Assembly (NCBI GenBank): GCA_009859145.1
Contig: VRVR01000045.1
Span: 31,506 to 95,505 of the forward strand
Length of the DNA stretch: 64,000 nucleotides
Source of the DNA: Andalucia godoyi And28
Lineage: Eukaryota; Protista; Jakobida
Direction: 5' to 3'
Positions 60,583-64,000 of the stretch are shown one piece after another (within the stretch, counting starts at the first letter, position 1; each line of letters starts with the position of its first letter). Made by a program: the position numbers and the translations under genes. The notes under the pieces were generated by a model that was not told where the DNA came from, made no database searches, and saw only the letters and a list, made by a program, of their open reading frames with translations.

Positions 60583-62274
60583 ATGTCGACAGCTTATTTG
60601 ACGCCTGAGCAGGAGTCTCGAAAGCGCGAGCTGATGGCGATTTCTCGTCCTGAAGACAGTGTTTTCAAGACTAAGCTGGAGGCGATTGAAGCGGAGATTG
60701 CGGCGTTCACGAAAGTGATTGACCAGGGTAAGAGCACGATGGCGAGTGCAAAGGAGAACAAGAACTCTGCATCCAGCGAGGTTACCGACCGCAAGGCAGC
60801 CATCGCCAAGATCATGGAACGGCTCAATCCGCTGCAGGAGACCCGTGAGAGACTTGACCGCGAGGTCAAGGCTGCAAACGAGGCGAAGGAGCGCATTGCT
60901 GCAGATCTGCAGAAAAAGCGCGAGGCTCTCGAAGGCTTGAAGTCGGAAGTTGAGATTGACCGTCAGGTGGAGACGCTTGAACACCAGATTGAAAGCGGTA
61001 ACCTGTCGTTGCCCGAGGAAAAGAAGATTTTGCAGAAGATTTCGACTCTTCGCAAGCAGAAGCCTGTCTTTGCCGAGCTTGCACAGGCCCAAAAGGGGCT
61101 CGATGCCGCATGGCAGGTTGTGAAGGCGCTTCAATCCGAATTCAACGCGTCACGGAACGCAGTGAATGCAGTGCGTGATGAACTCAAGGCTGCCCACAAT
61201 GGTCTTCATGAATACATGCAGAAACACAAAGCTGACCTGCCGAATTTCGAGACTGTGATTGCCAAGATGAACGAGGCATATGAGAAGCGAAAGGAGAAGC
61301 AGGCCGAACGGGATGCCTTGTACAAGAATCACCGATCTGCCGTCGACGCTTTCTTCGGCGCTCAAAAGGAGCTGTCCAAGATTAGAGACGTGGAATACCG
61401 AAACCGCCGTGCTCACGAGAACCGTGAACGCAGAAGAATCGAAGAAGAGGAGCAGAAGACGGAAATGGAATCGAATCGCAAGGCACAGTGGCTCTCGGAA
61501 ATTGAAATGTGCGCCTCGCTGATCAGCTTTTTGGAGAATCTCTCGGAAAACTCGGAAAAAAAGGAGGCAGAGGCACGTAAGCAGCGTGAGACTCATCGTG
61601 CGCTTTCCAAGCTTGAGGAGCAAGGGTACTTCATCAAGAAGAAGGGAGAACCGAACAAGAATATGAAGAAGGAGATTGCGTCTGCGCAGAAGAAGTCTGC
61701 TGCAGCCGCTCAGCAGGTCCCGGCACCAGTTGCCGCTGCTTCCAGCAGCAAGGAAGAGGCTCCTGCAAGCGATACCCCGGCGCAGCCAAAGGAGGAGCGC
61801 AAGTTGGTTATTCCGTTTGAGAAGCTCCAGGCTTTTGGATCTTTGGAAGTTCCAGCCCCTGTTACGTGGGCTGACGTGCCGGTTGCCATTGAAGCTGTCA
61901 AGCAGAAGAAGACTGTCTTTGAAGGCAAGCGCGAGGAAGCAATGAAGAAGTTGGATGAAGATCTTGCCAAGATTGCTCTGGACTTTGAGAAGAAGAGAAA
62001 GATCGAGGAAGAGCGCGATGTGCAGCGCGAAGCCGAGCGCCAAAAGGAGCGTGATGAGAAGGAGAAGGAGCGTGAGAAGGAGCGCTCTGAAAAGGAGAAG
62101 GAACGTGAGAAGGAGCGCGAAGCTAGGAATAAGGAGAAAGCTGAGAAGAAGGAAAAGAGAGACAAGGAGAATGCCGGCAAAGAGCCGAAGGAGTACAAGA
62201 ATAAGCAGAAGAAGGACAGACTGCCTCCTGTCGCACCGGACTCTGCAGCGTCCGTGGATGCTATTACCGAATGA
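60583..62274 (+). CDS. BFR1: Coiled-coil protein, BFR1-like
   Basis: Long coiled coil; EIEMCASLISFL and F..L.VPAP.TWADVP.AIE..KQKK motifs resemble BFR1-family proteins. ATG at 60583. Confidence 0.55.
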   Translation: MSTAYLTPEQESRKRELMAISRPEDSVFKTKLEAIEAEIAAFTKVIDQGKSTMASAKENKNSASSEVTDRKAAIAKIMERLNPLQETRERLDREVKAANEAKERIAADLQKKREALEGLKSEVEIDRQVETLEHQIESGNLSLPEEKKILQKISTLRKQKPVFAELAQAQKGLDAAWQVVKALQSEFNASRNAVNAVRDELKAAHNGLHEYMQKHKADLPNFETVIAKMNEAYEKRKEKQAERDALYKNHRSAVDAFFGAQKELSKIRDVEYRNRRAHENRERRRIEEEEQKTEMESNRKAQWLSEIEMCASLISFLENLSENSEKKEAEARKQRETHRALSKLEEQGYFIKKKGEPNKNMKKEIASAQKKSAAAAQQVPAPVAAASSSKEEAPASDTPAQPKEERKLVIPFEKLQAFGSLEVPAPVTWADVPVAIEAVKQKKTVFEGKREEAMKKLDEDLAKIALDFEKKRKIEEERDVQREAERQKERDEKEKEREKERSEKEKEREKEREARNKEKAEKKEKRDKENAGKEPKEYKNKQKKDRLPPVAPDSAASVDAITE

Positions 62275-62499
62275 GCTTATTAGACTTGATCTGTTTCTTT
62301 CTCAGTGCTGTTTCTGTGTTGTTGTTTTTGGTTGTGATTGATTTAAAGATGAAAGTGCGAACGAGCAAAAACAATGATTACCTGAGTTGACTGTGCCGGG
62401 CATCGACGCAAGTCCTCTCTGACTGTATTGTATGTTCTGTACATTGCTTGATCGTTGCGAATTTGCAATAGAGCTGGAACGGAGCTCGGATGCGTTCCT

Positions 62500-63963
62500 T
62501 CACTGGTGAATGTTCGCCGAGTCGCTGGGATCTCCTGTAGCGGAGCAGATTCTTCGCAGCAGCGGCATAACTTCGTCACCAGTGAAACGTCCAAGAACAC
62601 CTTGCGCTAAGCTCTTTTCATCAAATTTTGTACAAGGGTCCGTCGTCTTCCACCTCGATGCTGCTGTGCATCGTCCAATGATGAAAGGAACAGGTTCGTG
62701 AGAATGATCTTCAAACGAACAGGGGGTGGAGTGGTCACCCGTTACACAAAGTGCAACGTCTGCCGGAAGATCTCGCATCAGCAGTCCAACAACGTCGTCG
62801 CACTTCTTCAACATTCTGGACTTGATTTCCACTGAGCCATCATGGCCCGCATCATCCACGCACTTCACGTGAAGGAAAACAAAATCTACCGGTCCAGATA
62901 TCGGCGACAACATATCTGTCTCCTCGGCTGAAGGCAGGTACACCGACGGCGCGCTGGAAACGGTGCGGTGGTGGAACAGTTGAATGGCTGCTCGGCCCTT
63001 CATCATCAGATTCGAATCATAGTCACCAGTTGTCCCGCTGGGAACAATGACTGGAAGACCGAGGCAGAGCCCTAAGCCCTTGATACAGGCAGTGGGTGCA
63101 ATCATCACCTGAACAAAAGGCGATTCTCGCAAAAAGCGGAACGGCGGCGTCTGGATCCGAACTCCAGCCCCACGGAGCAACACGCAATTTGCAGGTGGCA
63201 GACTGTTCTCAATGCGCTGCAAGTTCAGAGGATGGCATTCCAACAGGGTGGAAAAAATGTCGGAAAGCGCATTCACCAGATCACACGTGAATAATGCAGC
63301 GTTGTACTGCGGGTCATCAGCAGGAACAGTTGGAGCACACATGACAAGGGGCAAGTTATCTCGAAGCGGGTCCGTGCCGGAAATTGCATCACTAAGGCCA
63401 GGCCCTCTCACTCGAACCCCACAACGATGTTCTGTAGAGTACTGAACAAGAACGGAGTATCCTCTGAACTTGGGTTCAAACACTCCGAGATCGGCGCATT
63501 TTTCCGAGAGATACGCGCACAACGGAGGTCCATACGGCTGAAAATGTCGATCTGCTCTTCTTGACGTCACAAATGGCGTGACACCGCACCGAAGACAGCA
63601 CTCCGACGCCCTGTCACGAACCACAGCAAAATTGGATTTGAAAGCAATGTCACCTACCTGCATGTCGATCCCTGCGCCCATGGACTCGAATGCTCCACGG
63701 CCGCGGTAGTACTTTTCTGGTGGATACCCGAAAATCGAGAGATGAGCAGTATCGGAACCACAAGCAACACCGGGGCGCACAGGATCCAGCAATCCGCACA
63801 GACTCATACTGGTCAATCGATCGAGGTTCGGCAGATCGCTTGATTCCAGCGGAGTCTTGAAGTCCACCTCTCCATTTTCCGATGCAGGCTGGGCATAACT
63901 GACATCTGCTAATCCGTCAATAAGCACGAAGCATAGTCGATTCAACAACTTTCCTTCTGACAT
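62500..63963 (-). CDS. apgM: Cofactor-independent phosphoglycerate mutase, ApgM (archaeal-type) family
   Basis: VLIDGLAD, PGVACGSDTAHLSIFGY (catalytic Ser), GRGAFE, HVKCVDDAGHDG, TGDHSTP, DHSHEPVP. Confidence 0.9.
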   Translation of the reverse strand: MSEGKLLNRLCFVLIDGLADVSYAQPASENGEVDFKTPLESSDLPNLDRLTSMSLCGLLDPVRPGVACGSDTAHLSIFGYPPEKYYRGRGAFESMGAGIDMQVGDIAFKSNFAVVRDRASECCLRCGVTPFVTSRRADRHFQPYGPPLCAYLSEKCADLGVFEPKFRGYSVLVQYSTEHRCGVRVRGPGLSDAISGTDPLRDNLPLVMCAPTVPADDPQYNAALFTCDLVNALSDIFSTLLECHPLNLQRIENSLPPANCVLLRGAGVRIQTPPFRFLRESPFVQVMIAPTACIKGLGLCLGLPVIVPSGTTGDYDSNLMMKGRAAIQLFHHRTVSSAPSVYLPSAEETDMLSPISGPVDFVFLHVKCVDDAGHDGSVEIKSRMLKKCDDVVGLLMRDLPADVALCVTGDHSTPCSFEDHSHEPVPFIIGRCTAASRWKTTDPCTKFDEKSLAQGVLGRFTGDEVMPLLRRICSATGDPSDSANIHQ

Positions 63964-64000
63964 GTTCTTTGAACAGCGTCGACCGAACGAACAGAAACCC

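Noticed and set aside
1-64000. tRNA, rRNA, CRISPR arrays or prokaryotic operon signals
   Set aside because: None seen by eye in intergenic regions; tRNAscan or Infernal would be needed to exclude small RNAs.

Overview
Gene-dense, almost intron-free eukaryotic (protist-type) DNA in the standard code; I cannot identify the species from the sequence alone. The first ~7 kb is an accessory zone. It holds a secreted RCC1-repeat gene running off the left edge (missed by the ORF track), a full-length but inactivated hAT transposon with terminal inverted repeats (1032-3889), a GH25-type lysozyme, a decayed c-type-lysozyme-like gene and a possible second hAT remnant. Housekeeping genes recognisable from motifs are SEC24, SMC2, a Cu(I)-type P1B-ATPase, CDC23/APC8, a type II peroxiredoxin, a USP40-like deubiquitinase, a compact PEX1-like AAA ATPase, TAP42, an RNase H2C-like gene, a BFR1-like gene and an ApgM-type phosphoglycerate mutase. 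A Zn2Cys6 transcription factor, a GT31 glycosyltransferase and F-box/LRR genes are also present. The most unusual region is 26.6-34.6 kb. It contains a membrane-anchored O-methyltransferase, a membrane-anchored Rieske oxygenase (split by an apparent 2-nt deletion) and, divergent from the Rieske gene, a 1501-aa fusion of luciferase-like monooxygenase + class I glutamine amidotransferase-like + ApbE flavin transferase + flavin reductase domains. I do not recognise this architecture, and the three genes may form a small-molecule pathway cluster. All family calls come from motifs read by eye; no searches were run.
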